This document shows, piece by piece, positions 50,764 to 64,000 of a stretch of 64,000 nt of DNA (positions are counted from its first letter, which is position 1; the number at the start of each line of letters is the position of its first letter). The DNA is taken from NCBI GenBank assembly GCA_973895155.1, contig OZ316894.1, forward strand, positions 21,857,867 through 21,921,866, in the 5' to 3' direction. The position numbers and the translations under genes were made by a program. The notes below the pieces were generated by a model that saw only the letters and a program-made list of their open reading frames with translations, was not told the origin of the DNA and made no database searches. This stretch comes from Marsupella aquatica. Lineage: Eukaryota; Plantae; Marchantiophyta.

Positions 50764-53700
50764 GATCCTGTACTTCAATGTGCATGTGAGTACTGTGCAA
50801 AGGTTAGTCATGTCCATTTAACGTAAAGCTCAAAAACATTTACTAAGTCACATGCAAAAGGGCTCTGCAGCCCATGAACTGACGTCGTTTCCTAACATTG
50901 TTTGTGCCTTCAGTTTACACATTCTAACATCTGCACAGTAGTACCTTGTTTTCCTGTGCAATCGATGGTGGCAGGTGCGTGCGCCTCGTGTAAAGTTGAG
51001 TGTACTTGTTATCGGGCATGGACAAAAGTCGGGATGGGAGGATATTAAAAAATGCGGAGATCAGTTTACAAATAGAATACAATCATGTCAATGTATTTGC
51101 ATTCGTGTAACATAACCCTAATGTTGATCGTGGCGGCGTGGATGGGCAAATGCCCAATTTTGACTTCTAATTACGAGGTCCCGTTGCCTGATTACTGCGC
51201 GCTTGACCCTAAACCGCCCGACAATGTGCGCCCTAAAACAGAAATTTTGTTGAAGACATAAACCACGATGTATTCACGCTCATAAGGGACCATAGTGCGA
51301 GGGGGGCAAAACCGCGTAGTTGCAGCCCGACTGTAGCGGAGTCGCGTGGTCGACTGCGGGAGGCGACCTTGCGTGGTGGCATGGCTCCCAACTGTGCAGT
51401 AATGCCTTTACACGGGGGAAATTGCCTTACACGGGAGAAAAGGGTACGGGCCATAATGAGGGGGCTGATTGGGGCAAAAAAGTTTCTCCTGGAGGGGGCT
51501 GATCAAGTAAAGTTTCTCCTGGAGGGGATCTATTGAGCATATCCCTCGGACTAGGAATACCGGCCTGCAGAGAATGCACTCATACATGGTGCACTTAAGC
51601 ACACTAGGCTGTCGTAAGGTTTTTGGCCTTTTGCCTTGGGATACATATTGTCTTTGTCAAGTGAAGGACAGCCAATGATTTTCTTGATTGTAGAGTTGTC
51701 AAGGTTGTACAACCGTTTCGTTTCAGCTCCTTTATAAGAACTGGGATTTTATAATGAGAAATAGTCTATGGACACTTCAAAAGATTTTAGGCTTTTAAAC
51801 TATTTTGGCGGCAATGGCTGGGGACATTGTTTCTGTTTTGGCCCTGTTCAGGTTTGTAAAGCTGGATTTCTAATTTCTCAATGGACTGATTTGGTACTCT
51901 TTTGGGAGCTGCTTCGTGTTTTGTCATAGGTTTCCATGTTGGGTGTGGACATTGACAAGCACCACCCTTTCTTTCAGTTCGAGTGGGGTACCCTGCAGGA
52001 TTAGCATTCAATATAGCTGCTTCTTCTAATGACTTAGATTTGTTTCAACTTGTACATATAAAATCATATCATATTTAGAGATATCTCAAAATTCATTTGG
52101 TTGTTGGTACGAAGTAATAAAATAACTGAAACTTTACCAAAAAGTACATTCATGAATGGTAGACAAGGGGCCAGCATTCTCCAAGTGTGTGCGAGGCAAA
52201 GAATAACTCAATGGTAGTGGTTGTAGGTTGGAACTATCAGATCCAGGGCTGACCATCAACAACCACATTCAAAAAAGGTGCAAGGGCATTAAATGGAACT
52301 TTATCATAAAATTAACACGTAAGTTGAAGACATGGTCGCCCTGGCACACCAAAAAATGGAGAAAAAAAACATATCATGAGTTCCAAGGGGAATTCAAAGT
52401 GAAAGAATAACAAAGAACACAACTTTCCTAGGCCAAAATAAAGATAACAACATAAATTTTGAACTTAGGAGACAGAAACTGAAGATGCACCATGCTAACC
52501 TGTGCGGGTCACTTTATGGAGCTGTGACATTTTTAGGGCTTAAAATCCATCAATGCTACCAAACACCAAATTTCTTAACCCCTTCAAATTTTGATTCCAA
52601 AGCTCTTTTTTCCTCTACAAGTCTCAAATTGGATATAATATACCACATTATCATGTTCTTTCGAAGGATTTCTCATTTTTCTTTGAAACAAAATTTAAAA
52701 GTTCTATACTTTTTTGTTCGTGGTGGGCACTTTCCCAAATTGGACACTTCCCAAATGGTTTTAAAAATCTTTTAGAATTATGATATCTAGACAAATCAGC
52801 ACCTCAAGGTTTATTTTAAGATAATTAAAGGTGTGAATATCCCCAAAAGAAAGGAAAATAACTTGCCTTGCGATATTAGCTCAAAAATATTTTGATGCTA
52901 ATAAGAATAATTAATATATTAATTTTAAGAGTCCTGGTTAATATTTTTCTGAACCACCTTAAATCATCAATAAATTAGTTTTTGGTGACTTGGTACCTTT
53001 AAATTCTCCTCAGGGGTCATTGCTGCCCTCCTTGCCTGTTATTTTTCTAATAGACAATTTTTTAGCTTCTAAAAACTTATGAACATATTTCAAAAAAGCG
53101 GGTCTTTTATGTAGTTCTCAAATAATGTCTTTAACTACTTATCACTATTTTGTTGCCTAAGTGACCAGTAGTTGCACGGGGACAGGTTGAATCTTGAAAA
53201 CTTTCTTTTTCACCCTATGCATCTCTAGTGTATGAAATGTCATTTAAATATTATTTGTATGACAAGACTATACCAGACTGGAATAAAGTATAGGCAAGAT
53301 TGAAAAGCATCAAGAGGGGGAAAATTTCCAAAATCCAATAATACAAAAGAAGAAGAAGATGCACGTTGTCTAAGGCAAATTGAAAGAAATACACAACAAA
53401 TATCATAATTAAGCTCATTAGAAAAAGTGACCTGAATAGTCTGTCCAATATGTAGCATGTTAACCCTCGATTCCTCGAACATGTTTCATTTTTGTCTTTT
53501 AGTGATGTGTACAGTACATGATCTAATTTCTTTTTGGCTGTAGCGTTTTATTTGCTGTACAAGAGTAGAACCATAACGCATTTAAAGAAAATATGCTTCA
53601 CATAATCACAAGAAAAACACAAGTCTAAGGTACACAGGTAATGAAAACTTGTGCACATATAGTACGGATACCCACTTGCCTTGGGTGATGCCATTCAAAT

Positions 53701-54704
53701 AAATGAAAACCATAAATTTGGAAAGAGAACACTAAGGAGAATTTAAAACACAAGGTGTCGAGTCATTTATTCTCTCCCTCAAGAGAAGAAGGAGAAAAGA
53801 CAGAATCTCAAGTGGTTGAAATTTCTCGAAATTTACGAAAGGGACTGGATGCACAACATTCAGGTTTAAAATTAGTGGGAAAGAAGAGCACTTGGATAAT
53901 GAAGAGTTAAAAAATTACGAGGGGTGCCAACATCAAATGATGCTCCTTGTTAAGGTACATTGAAATACGATAGAGATAAAATACTGGAAGGTGAATTTGC
54001 CATTGAGAATATCAGCATCACTATTTTCAAAAGGTAAATAACACCAGAAATTTTAGAGCATGCTCATTCTGAAATAACTTGTAGCAAAGTCAAAAAACTA
54101 TATATGTTGCTTGCAGGGAGCTTTTCTAGTTGCACCTGAGATGCTTTCACCGACATGGAGCCTATTGGGCCCTGCACCTGGGAACAGCTCTTACCTTTAA
54201 TTAGTTTCATACTTTTTTCACTCCCCAATTGGTGTCTCTAGACCTACCATTGATTCTTTTCTTGAGCTGGATCTGCCTCATCTATACTATTCGGTGGTAC
54301 ATTTACTTTTAAAAAAAATTAAAAATCTATATTTTTGGTGTTTGCCTTTGCCTTTGCCTTTTTTTTCGAATTTGGTGTTTGTCTCCTCTCTACTTCTTTT
54401 GCTATTTCTCTACTGTACTTTGCTTGACACTTTTTAATAGTTGGGTCATTCCTGGTCTCGTCGTCTCATCTGAGTGCCCCCTTCGTTGTTTTAGGTGGCA
54501 GCTTTTCTGGTATATTGCTTAGAATTTCTTACAGTACTCGGCAACTTGATAGTGCATGCTACAGTCGATAGTTGGCCTTGTTGTCTCCTGCAATTCTTCA
54601 CAGTGGGTTTTTGCTCAGCTTCCCTTTCCAAGAAATATATTAGGTTGCAAAAGAACAAAAGTTGCCCTTTCCAAGAAATATCTTAAAGAACAAAATGCGC
54701 CCGA

Positions 54705-54984
54705 CCGAGAGACATGATCCCCAAGGTAATAGACTCAATCAAATGAATCAACCAAAGAGCCTAAAGTCCGGAGCCACCATGCTGGGAGAGAACCACAAAA
54801 ACAACCAAGGACAAACCTAAAACCCTACCTGTAGGCAAACTGCAGAGCTTGGTAGAGCTCCATGGTGAACTACATAAGGGGGTCTAGCAAAGGAACCTGT
54901 CTAGAAGCCCTAGAACTAAACTCCTCACCCCTATGCAGGATAGTAAATGCAGTGCAATACACCTGCTAAAGCCTAGCCCACAAG
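54705..54984. repeat. Unclassified repeat related to 866-1130, target of the LINE insertion
   Basis: Shares colinear motifs with 866-1130. Confidence 0.5.
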
Positions 54985-55261
54985 TTGGTGGATAAATTTA
55001 ACCTGGTCAATAACTATCTTTGTGCTGGAATCCGCTCTGGTCCCTTCTACACTAGACAGGCCAGAAAAACTGACAGGTACGGTCAGTCTAGGCTTGATAG
55101 AAATTACAGCAGCGCACAAAATAGTTGGTGTGCCTACACTCGATCCATCATCCATGATGGCCGGCAGACTCTCTCGGACCACATCCCTGTCTCGTGCACC
55201 TTTGTCCTCAAGGTCGACACGAGTGGTGGCCCAAGAAGATCCTCTTACTTTAAAATGGATG

Positions 55262-55322
55262 CATGGATGATCGACTCACCATGGATGATCGACTCACCAT
55301 GGATGATCGACTCACCATGGAT
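55262..55322. repeat. In-frame 18-bp tandem repeat x3 (WMIDSP) in LINE ORF2
   Basis: atggatgatcgactcacc occurs three times. Confidence 0.9.
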
Positions 55323-56340
55323 GGAGTCGGAGATACAAAACATCTGGCACCGACACCAACTGGATCACAAAGATGCGCGCATCAACTAGGACCTTGCATG
55401 GACGGCGATAAAACAATTTCTCCAATCGGAAAAGAAGAAGAGACTTGAACCCAGTACCGTTGGGTCGATTGGGGACAGACTCCAGATTTTATGCACGGCA
55501 GCTGGAGAGCTCCCATCTGCTGGAAATCTGGAGAGTCTCCGCCTTGTCGAGGACGAGGCCCAAGAGGTAGCAAAAATGGATGCAATCAAAACCAGGAGGC
55601 GGAGCCGCATTCGGTGGCTCCAGTTGGGTGAAGCACCAACCAAATATTTTTTTAACCAGCTTGAAGCCAAGCAAGCTAGAGAAAGCATTTGAGTGCTGAA
55701 GCTAGAAAATGGTGAGATCATTGAGAACGAGGACACTATCCTCCGGGAGATTAACAGATTTTATGAGGATCGTTACCAGCATGACCCCCAGCCTGAGACC
55801 TTCACTCAAGAGCGAGCGGATGCTCTCGAGCTAATTGACAAGAAGGTAACGGATGCCGAGAATATATAGATCTCTGGAGACCACACCCACGGATGTTGAG
55901 ATCAAAGGAGTGGTTTTCAACATGCCCAAGGAAAAGTCTCTTGGGTTAGATGGTGTCACAATTGAGGTACTTCTAAAAGGATGGGAATACATGGGTCCCT
56001 CCTATGTGGCGATGGTGCGGGCTTTCTAGGGAGACGGGATTATGATTACCAAAGCACTCACTGGCAGGAGTGCTGAAGCTCATTCCTATAAACCAAGATA
56101 CAATTGAGCTATCCAACTGGAGACCACTGACGATGTTGACCCTCACAGAGAAGATCATTGCTAAGCTGATTGCAAATTGTGTCAAGAAGGTAGCCAACAG
56201 GATTGTCGATCCCCAGCAGACAGGTTTTCTCAAAGGGAGGGATATCATGGACAATCTCCTCGCCTTTCGGCTTGCACAAGAGTTGGCACCTCTGGGTAAA
56301 AAATCACTCATTTTCCTTAAGCTCAATTTCATGAAGGCGT

Positions 56341-57690
56341 TGTCGTAAGGGAATTAGATTATATGGAGAATAGCTTGGTTTTGTGTGAAAATGTAAAAGT
56401 AGAGGTTTTTGTGGTAAAAAGGAGATTTTGGGTTTTACCAAGTAAAATTATAAGTCTTGGTAATTTTCAAGATCTACCATAGTAAATAGTAACTTCTAGA
56501 ATTTACCATAGTAAAAAGGTAAATTCCAAAAACTTCTAGAATCTACCTTAGTAAATAGTAATTTTTAGTATTTACCATAGTAAAAAGGTAAATTCTGGTA
56601 AATTCTAGAATTTACCATAGTAAAAAAGTGAGTTCTAGAATTTACCGTGGTAAAAAGTAAGTTCTAGTAAGTTCTAGTTAATTCTTGTATCTTCTAGGAT
56701 ACTCTTGTAAAGGGACCAGTGTGGCCTGGCTCAAACTATAAATAAGAGGGAGGTTCGCCCTCCCAGGGGAGTCCATTTTCCAGCATTTCCAGCGTATGAG
56801 CGTGAGAATAGAGAGTGCATAGAGTGCATTTGCATTGGAGGAATGTTTGAACATCGGTTCTAGGACTAAACGGAATGGCTATGCCGCCGATTTCTATGGT
56901 GGAAGGATTCTAAGTTTCTTGATTCTTGGTCATGGAAGACATTGCCACCACTCGAGTACCTTGAAGATGGAACTTTGAATCTAACAAGGTCGACTATGCC
57001 GCCAATACCATAGATATAATGTCCACGAACCTGTGATCAAATAGGGACGGCTCTGCCGCTGAACCTCTCTTAGTTAGAAAGCATATAGGAAGTATGAATG
57101 TCAATATCAATTTGAATGAGAATCCGCAGATTTTGAATTTACGTTCTACGGTGAGCATTAAGTTGATAGTAAAGAGGAAGGTAGATATTAGGCAGGTTCT
57201 GACACAAAAGTTTGGGGAAGAAGGATACACTGCGATTATCGCATTGTCGGATCCATTAATACTGTATAGATGCACAAATGGGGATGTGAGTATATTCATA
57301 ATAGTGTAATAGAAGAGAGATCATAGCCGAGAGTTGATCGAGGCACGTAGAGAAGATTATCACTTGGAGGAGAGATTTGTGGAGTGTGGGCCTGGCCCCG
57401 ACTACTCTGGTGTTATTGCCAATATCTGGAGTAGATCACACATGTCTCTTGGTACCAAAAGTGTTTAGGAGTCCTTGCGGAAAAGGGTACGCCCTTCCCA
57501 CCCAGGTTATCTGGAGAAAACCGCAAGAGACACAGGGGAACCCAAGGAACTTGAGAAATGGCTGGGAGGGGACAAGGCTCTCAAGGGAATTGGTTCTAAG
57601 CGTGAGGTCTCTTACAAGTGATAAGTAGCATAATTAGCACATGCATCCAAACACCCAACGTGTTCTTGAGAGCTCACTATTCCCAGGACA
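56341..57690 (+). mobile_element. 1350-bp solo-LTR-like insertion in the LINE RT
   Basis: TGTC...GACA termini and 4-bp TSD GCGT. It splits KA|YDRV exactly. U3-like tandem motifs at 56450-56700 and a TATA-like tataaataa at ~56737. Confidence 0.8.
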
Positions 57691-60600
57691 GCGTATGACA
57701 GGGTCTCGCACAATTTTACCTAGGTTGTGATGAGAGCAATGGGTTTTGGGAACAAAATCACTCACCTAAAATTGGCAGACGGGAGCAACCTTTGCCACCA
57801 TAAGTTTGCTGATGACATAGGATTGTTCTTGGAGGCTACTCAAGCTGATTTCAATGCAGCTTGGTGTGTGATACAAAACTTTGAGCATTTGTCTGGGGCC
57901 AGACTCAATGTGAGAAATCTATGATCATCCCTTGTTACTTTGCGAACAACCGATACCCTAATTGGCTAGAGCAGACGGGATGCAGGATTGCACAGGTGGG
58001 GGAAATATATGAGTACCTTGGCTGTCCTGTTGGATATAAGGTCCGGCCTTCACACGAAGCTACTTTTCTGATCACGAAACTCTGCAATAGACTGAACACT
58101 TGGTCCAACCAGTGCCTGACTATAGCTGGGAGGGTGATTTTGCTCAAGCATGTTCTAAGGGCTATTCCAACCTATCACCTGATGATCCTCGGTCTCTTCA
58201 AAGTGGGATTTGCTGAGATGGAGAGGGTGTGCAGGCGTTTCCTTTGGGGCAGCAATCATCAGGGCAAACACAAGAAGCCGCTAATAGCGTGGTCTGTGAT
58301 TACCTTGCCTAAAGCTGAAGGAGGACTCGGCTTTCTTCCTTTTGAACTACAGGCAGCAAGTCTTCCGATGAGACATGTTACAACTGATCTACAGCAAGAC
58401 CATCCATGAGTGGATCCTGATGGCTCAAGAAATTATCCTGAAGAACGCTAGACTTGTGCCTCTCAAGAAGGAACGTCGATCCTGGACCTACTCTGAGATT
58501 ATCCTGTTGTGCCCGGAAATCAGAATCTTGGGGTCTTGTACCATCCGGCACCTTCTTAAGAGTTGGGACCCTCAATTCCCTCTCCTCCACTTTTCCTTTA
58601 GTGAGGGATCAATCCCTAAACAACTCTCAATTGAGCAGGCCATGATCCTTTTCTTCAAGGATGTCTGAAAGACGGCAGGAGCAAGTGGATCTCAAATGCT
58701 TCTTTGCCAATAGGAGGATCAAGAGGGTGGGTGATCTGATCACCCCAGAACATTGTTGGAGGGATAGGGAGGAGTTCATTTCCAGGATCAGGAGCACCAG
58801 ACAAGTCGGGCTGAATACCTACCAAGAATTCTACAATGAGCTAACTATGATTTGGATTTTCAACTGCACGAATGCCAAGGGTGGAGGTGGGAATGGACCT
58901 CTCGCAACCGTGGGTGGAAATTCCCAACCAGTACGTGGGCTTCCCCTGCTCAGGGCACCGAACTGATAACACTATGATTAATAGAAGGTGGGGCCAGCTG
59001 GAGTCAGCAACCGATTGGAAACGTTGGTGGAAGAAGATTTGGGGTGGCTGGTCTTTCTCCAAGGTCAGATTCTTCATTTGGCGTCTGCTCCATCATGGTT
59101 TCTTCACGAACGGTCGGGCTAACCACTAGGGAGTTAGCCCTGGACTATGTGAAAGATGCAACACCAGCTTTGAGGACACGAACCACTTATTCTTCAGCTG
59201 CAACAAGGTGGGGAACCTGTGGCGCGAAATCAAGACTCTGTTATCCCATTCCACATCCCTGAATAGACTGCAGGACAATTTGTTCGATTCTATCGCCATT
59301 GCTGTGTTGGTCCAAAAGCACAACCCTGGTCCACTGGTGCTTATCACTGAATTGTGCAATGAATTATGGAAAGAAAGGAACGCTAGGGTGTACTCCCAGT
59401 TCTTGGGAATGCTGCCCAGCTGGGTGATCTTGAGGAAAACTAGCGACCATCTCAAAGCCATGCTTGCCATTAGTCGTTTGGCCAAGAATACTAAGCAAAT
59501 CAAACGGTGCACGGATGAGCTGGACTTTATCCTGGCTCCCTGGGCGACTCTGGAGGTCCCTTGTGTTCTGAATTCCAACTAGTATTGATGAGTATGCATT
59601 CCTTTAGCTTTGCCAGTGATTGCAGCAGCATCGTGCACCAAGGCAATTCCAAGGCCAGAAACATTAGCAAGGTTGAGTCTATGTCTTTCAGTAGGAAATA
59701 CCACAGACCCGGTCAACACAGTCAGTCTACTGGTGTTGACCAGGCCTTTCATTGCAGACAAAACCAGAGGTATCATAGGCAACGGATTGATAGAGACTAC
59801 GATAAGTTTTGGTTCAATACGACTAGTGAGCAATACAGGATCAAAAGGGACTATGAGAAGAGTAGATCTGTGTGTATGCTCCCCAGTTGGACCACGATTG
59901 AGTACGAGGATCTTTGGGCTTTTTGGACCAAGTGGCCCGATTGAGGGTCGCTGGTCTTGGTTGGGGGGGGGGCTACTTTGGCCTAGGGAGTGTGGCCATC
60001 CCCCTTCTCCTTTGTTCCTCGGTTTGGGTGGTGTTTGCCCCCGGCCCGTTTTCCGTTCTATATAATTTAAATTAAAAAAAAGCCTAGCCCACAAGAGGTC
60101 CCAACAAGTGTGTTCTTTTGTATTTCGGACAGGTGGCACTTGTGACAAGTTGATAAGCCTAGGCTTAGCAAAGAGTCACTTATAACAGTTGGATTGCATA
60201 GGGTCCGATCTGGTTCATTGATTTGGCAAATAAGTCACCAAATTTTCCAAAACCTCTTTGTTGCAAATGTGCTAAAATTTGCACATAAAGCAAACATTGG
60301 TCCCTTTGTGGCTAAATAGAATAGCTTTTTATGTATGAATTTGCTGTGAAACCCAGCCCTACATCCAGGTGTGTGGCTGCAAGACTTAGGGGGGTTTCAC
60401 TCTTGTTAACAAAAAAGCTGTTCCAGGGATTTCCAACTCAAAAGAATCGCCCTAATTGAATACACTAAAAAAAATAAGAAAGTGAGTGGGTAGCAGACCA
60501 GGAGTGGATCTTAGCATTGGGGTTTTGCACTCTTTTCTTTTCCTGACTCTTAGGTCTTCCTTTGTTTCCCCCAATTTATTAGGTTTCTTTGCAATATTTT

Positions 60601-60862
60601 GTTCCAATTTTGTTTCCCCCAATTTATATTCCAAGCAGTCCCAACCTTTGTGACCTAACACAGTGGTTTGTTTTTTAATACACTTGAGGGAAAACCGAGT
60701 CCTAATCTGTTGTGCCGCTACAAGACTAGAGTAGGGCGGTGTTCCATTTTTGTTAATAAAAAATGCTGGATTTCTCACTAGTGTAATCTGTATAGAATAA
60801 GTAGCAGGGAAGGCTCAGCATTCCAAGCTGTCCTGGCAACCACACCGACCTTACCAAAGTCA

Positions 60863-61090
60863 ATGTTGCTGTGATCCATGGTCCTAACTAAATAACTAAT
60901 GGTGTATTGCCCACTTTCTTGCCATGCAGACTCGATAGACGCCAGAATGGGCCCCCAGTTATTAGATTGGAGGGTCATGTTGCTGTGAATCTATGGTCCT
61001 AACTTAATAACTAATGGTGTATTGCCTACTTTCTTGCCATGCAGACTCGGTAGACGCCATGGCACAATGGGCCCCCAATTATTAAATTGA
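60863..61090. repeat. ~114-bp tandem duplication
   Basis: atgttgctgtga...actaatggtgtattgcc.actttcttgccatgcagactcg at 60863 and 60977. Confidence 0.9.
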
Positions 61091-62523
61091 AGGGTTTTCC
61101 ACCGCCCAAGGAGGCATATCAGTTGAGCTGCTTGCAACCTTGGGAAAGAGAGGGGGGGAGTCAGTTTCCCTTCCCCAGAAAATAAAAATTAGAAAGTGAA
61201 TATAGGGATGCTGAATCCACCGTCTGATTTTACTGCATACACCACAAAAAGGCTTCCCTTTGCTTTTTCTCAAAAGAGAAAATTTTAAAAGGGAAATAAA
61301 TAAAGTAGGGGATTATGAAACCCACATCATGATTTTACTAGACACACCCCAAAACAGCCCAGGCGTTGATGTACCGCTCTCATGGGCTTTCAGATTTTGA
61401 CCTATCATGAAAATGGGGTGAGTTTAGTGATTTGGGGTGAATATAGTATATTACAACTATTGTAAGCTTTGAGGAGGCAAGTCATCATTGAAAGCCTCCC
61501 CCCCAAAAAACAAAACAAAACAAACATTTAAAAATAGGAGGCAAGTCACCTGCTTTCACACTTGGGGGCCGGGTCCCTTTCCCTTCTCCCCAAAAATAAA
61601 ATGAAAACGAGAATGTTCAATTCACCCCATCATTTTACTAGATGCACCCCATGATCCAGCCACAAATCAAATGGTAAATCCATCGCATGATTTCATGACA
61701 CTCTTATGAGATTTATCCCGGAACTCTATCAGACTTTTCAATTCTTCCCACAATAGTATATTTTGTTTTCCTTGCTCCTTTGGGGGCTCTTGGTTTTTGT
61801 CGTTGCTCCTAGGTTGTGACTGGGACTCCTTGCCTTGTTTGGCCTCTTGTCTCTTCTTGGGCCCCTCCCATCTTCTATTTCTTTCACTTTATTGGGTTGC
61901 TTTGTTTTTGAGACCCTATCTCCAGGTTTGGCATTTTTGTTTTTTGGCACTTTGATATATACCCCATGACTTTACTAGATACAGCCCGGCCATTGATATG
62001 ACACCTTTTTGACACATTACCAACCTTTTAGTGATTATAGTAAAAAAATCATACTTTCTCAGATTTACACACATCATCAAAATGGTGTGGTTTTAGTGAT
62101 TCGGGGTGAATTTGATAAAACTGTGGGGTGCATTTGATAGCTCCCAAAAACAATTACTAGTGATTAATGATTAATGATTGGATGTGATTGGGTACCAAGG
62201 GGCTACAAGCTTAGGTCTTGTTACAAAGTGGAATGCAAAACATACAGAAATGTCATCCTCCTGAGCCTAGAACCTGTATAGAATATTACTTATTTTTAAA
62301 ATCCAGAAAATAAAACAATATGTTATTCTTTTGTTTTAGGTTTTTCGTAAATGATTCATACACCGAAAAGTCAGTGCTTATGCTTGGAATTCTTGAAATT
62401 TGCATGAATAATTCTTTGCATCACCAAATGGCATCACTAACGAAGACTTGCATCAGGTTGTGCAAATAAATATTTTGTTAGTGAGGTACAAATTTCAATA
62501 ATGATTTATTTATATGTGCAAAC

Positions 62524-64000
62524 TGTTAGATATTGCTCTAGTCTTGTGACTCTTGAGCTAACCACAGTTAGTCTAACTCGGGTTAGGACTTAGCTAATGT
62601 TAGCGGTAGTGCTATTGTGCATTTAGCCAGGGCTGATGCCAGACCCTGGTGGAACTTAGGCTCATTGTTACGGAGCTAGTTGAGAGATAGGGAGAGCTTG
62701 TGCTGTGGATGCTTGGTATGACCGATCGGCCTAGAGTGCAGTAAAGCTCTTGTGTGTTCCCGTGGACGTAGCCTCATGTGGAGGTGAACCACGTATCTCT
62801 CTGTGTCGACTATTGTGCGTTGGATGGTTCATGGGCTTGCCGTTGCGAATGTCGTCTATGCTCAACAAGTGGTATCAGAGCATGCCTGGGAGGTGACGAG
62901 GTTTTTCGTGATAGGTTTTTCCAGCGTTCATTGTCGATGGTACATTCGGAGTTCGTCGCATGAAACTCGAATGTGTGTGGCTGTGCGGATAGGTGAGTGA
63001 GAGGGCGTTCTAACGGTGGTTAGAACTCGGATCGGTGGTGCGGAGGAATTGAAGCTTGCGTCGTTCAGGTGTTATTCGTGTTCGACGGGTTTTCGGGGGA
63101 GAGACCAGAGTTGGCGTTTTTCAACGGTGTGAGTTGTGCAGTGCTGGAGGGATCGCACATTATAGCTCAAGTTGAAGGTTGAAGCGAGCTGGTCGTTTCG
63201 GTATCTGGATTGCTGCCGAGTTGTTACTGAGTGCGACGTGACGAGTGACGGAGGCGTTCAGGTTTTTTTTCACAAGCTATGGAGCTTGTTCTCAACTGAA
63301 CCGGGTTTCTCTTCGTGACGTACGACTCAGTGATATGCAAAGTGCTACGGCTCAACGGTTTGATCGCGGCAAGGCGATTGTTTTGAGCCCGGGATTGGCA
63401 CTTGACGCGGAGTGAAGGTGACGCGGCGGAAAGTTTTTACTCTGCTGGAGCTGCAGACTGTGCCGGTGCAATTCGGCCACATTTACCGTCGGCGGCGTTC
63501 ACTTCCCTCATTTCAAACAGCGGCTTTTCAAGTGAGTTTTACATTCATTTTTTTCGGGGAAGTTTTTTGCGTTTTAAAGGGGGTTTTAGGTCATTTTTTA
63601 ACGAGGTGTATACACACTTCGTTTCGGCCTCGTATCGGCCTGGTTTTTGGCCGAGTACATACACGCGCCCACCTCCCCCCCCGGCGGGGTCCGCAGCACC
63701 GGCCGGCGCGCGCCCCGCACCTCACCCTTCGCAAGCCCCGACTCCCTCCCAGCTTAGCCTTAACCCCGGCCCTGCCTTTTGCGCCCACGCCCCTGGCGCG
63801 CCGTTACCCCGTATGCGCCCGGTGCCTGCCGGACGCCTCGCCCTACAGCCGACCATGCGCCCCCGTCATCCCATCTCACCCTCCCGCACGGCGCAGCATT
63901 TACTCCCGGCCCCCGCCTCTATACCCTGTACGCCACCTGGCCCGCCTCGCGTATGCGCGACACGGATGTGCCTTTTTATACTGGTATTTTTCAGGTTAAG
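62524..64000 (+). mobile_element. 5' LTR and leader of a second, related copia element (runs off the window)
   Basis: LTR 62524-62867 (TG..CA). Its 3' ~210 bp matches the first LTR. PBS tggtatcagagc 62870-62881, and the leader is homologous to 26255 onward. Confidence 0.9.

Larger units (their letters stand above)
39131..51547. mobile_element. Mutator-like element (MULE), 12.4 kb, long TIRs
   Basis: ~345-bp TIRs starting gagggatatgctcaatag. Perfect 10-bp TSD GGACTAGGAA at 39121-39130 and 51548-51557. Internal MuDRA-like transposase. Confidence 0.97.
54985..60078 (+). mobile_element. 5'-truncated L1-type LINE (EN, RT, zf-RVT), decayed
   Basis: SRLDR...SDHIPV endonuclease end, NWRPLTML, QQTGF, KAYDRV, FADD, YLGCP, CERC...HLFFSC, A-rich tail. 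17-bp TSD aaagcctagcccacaag at 54968-54984 and 60079-60095. Confidence 0.95.

Noticed and set aside
57044-57070. GSAAEP encoded on both strands
   Set aside because: Consequence of a short imperfect palindrome and probably coincidental.
63412-63999. 195-aa Pro/Arg-rich ORF
   Set aside because: GC-rich leader of the second copia with no gag motifs.

Overview
Eukaryotic, intron-containing plant DNA. Gene and transposon content suggest a non-seed plant, probably a liverwort-like bryophyte (inference). The left 20 kb holds three host genes: the 5' end of a MAN1/Src1-like inner nuclear membrane gene (-), a plastid DnaJ-like zinc-finger gene resembling TSIP1/At2g24860 (+), and an intact 12-exon secreted PqaA/AprA-family alpha/beta-hydrolase gene (-), whose first five exons are bracketed by an unexplained ~550-bp inverted duplication. 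The rest is nested transposons: two MITEs, a very young Ty1/copia element inside an old Mutator (MULE) derivative, a 12.4-kb MULE with long TIRs and a 10-bp TSD, an L1-type LINE carrying a solo-LTR-like insertion, and the 5' end of a second copia. The most interesting item is the MULE cargo. Besides the transposase and a convergent mudrB-position gene, it encodes a transmembrane + RNase H1 N-terminal/viroplasmin hybrid-binding domain + Cys-rich protein next to a 114-bp tandem array. Both the gene (minus the hybrid-binding domain) and the array recur in the older relative. All protein family calls are from recognised motifs; no database search was run.
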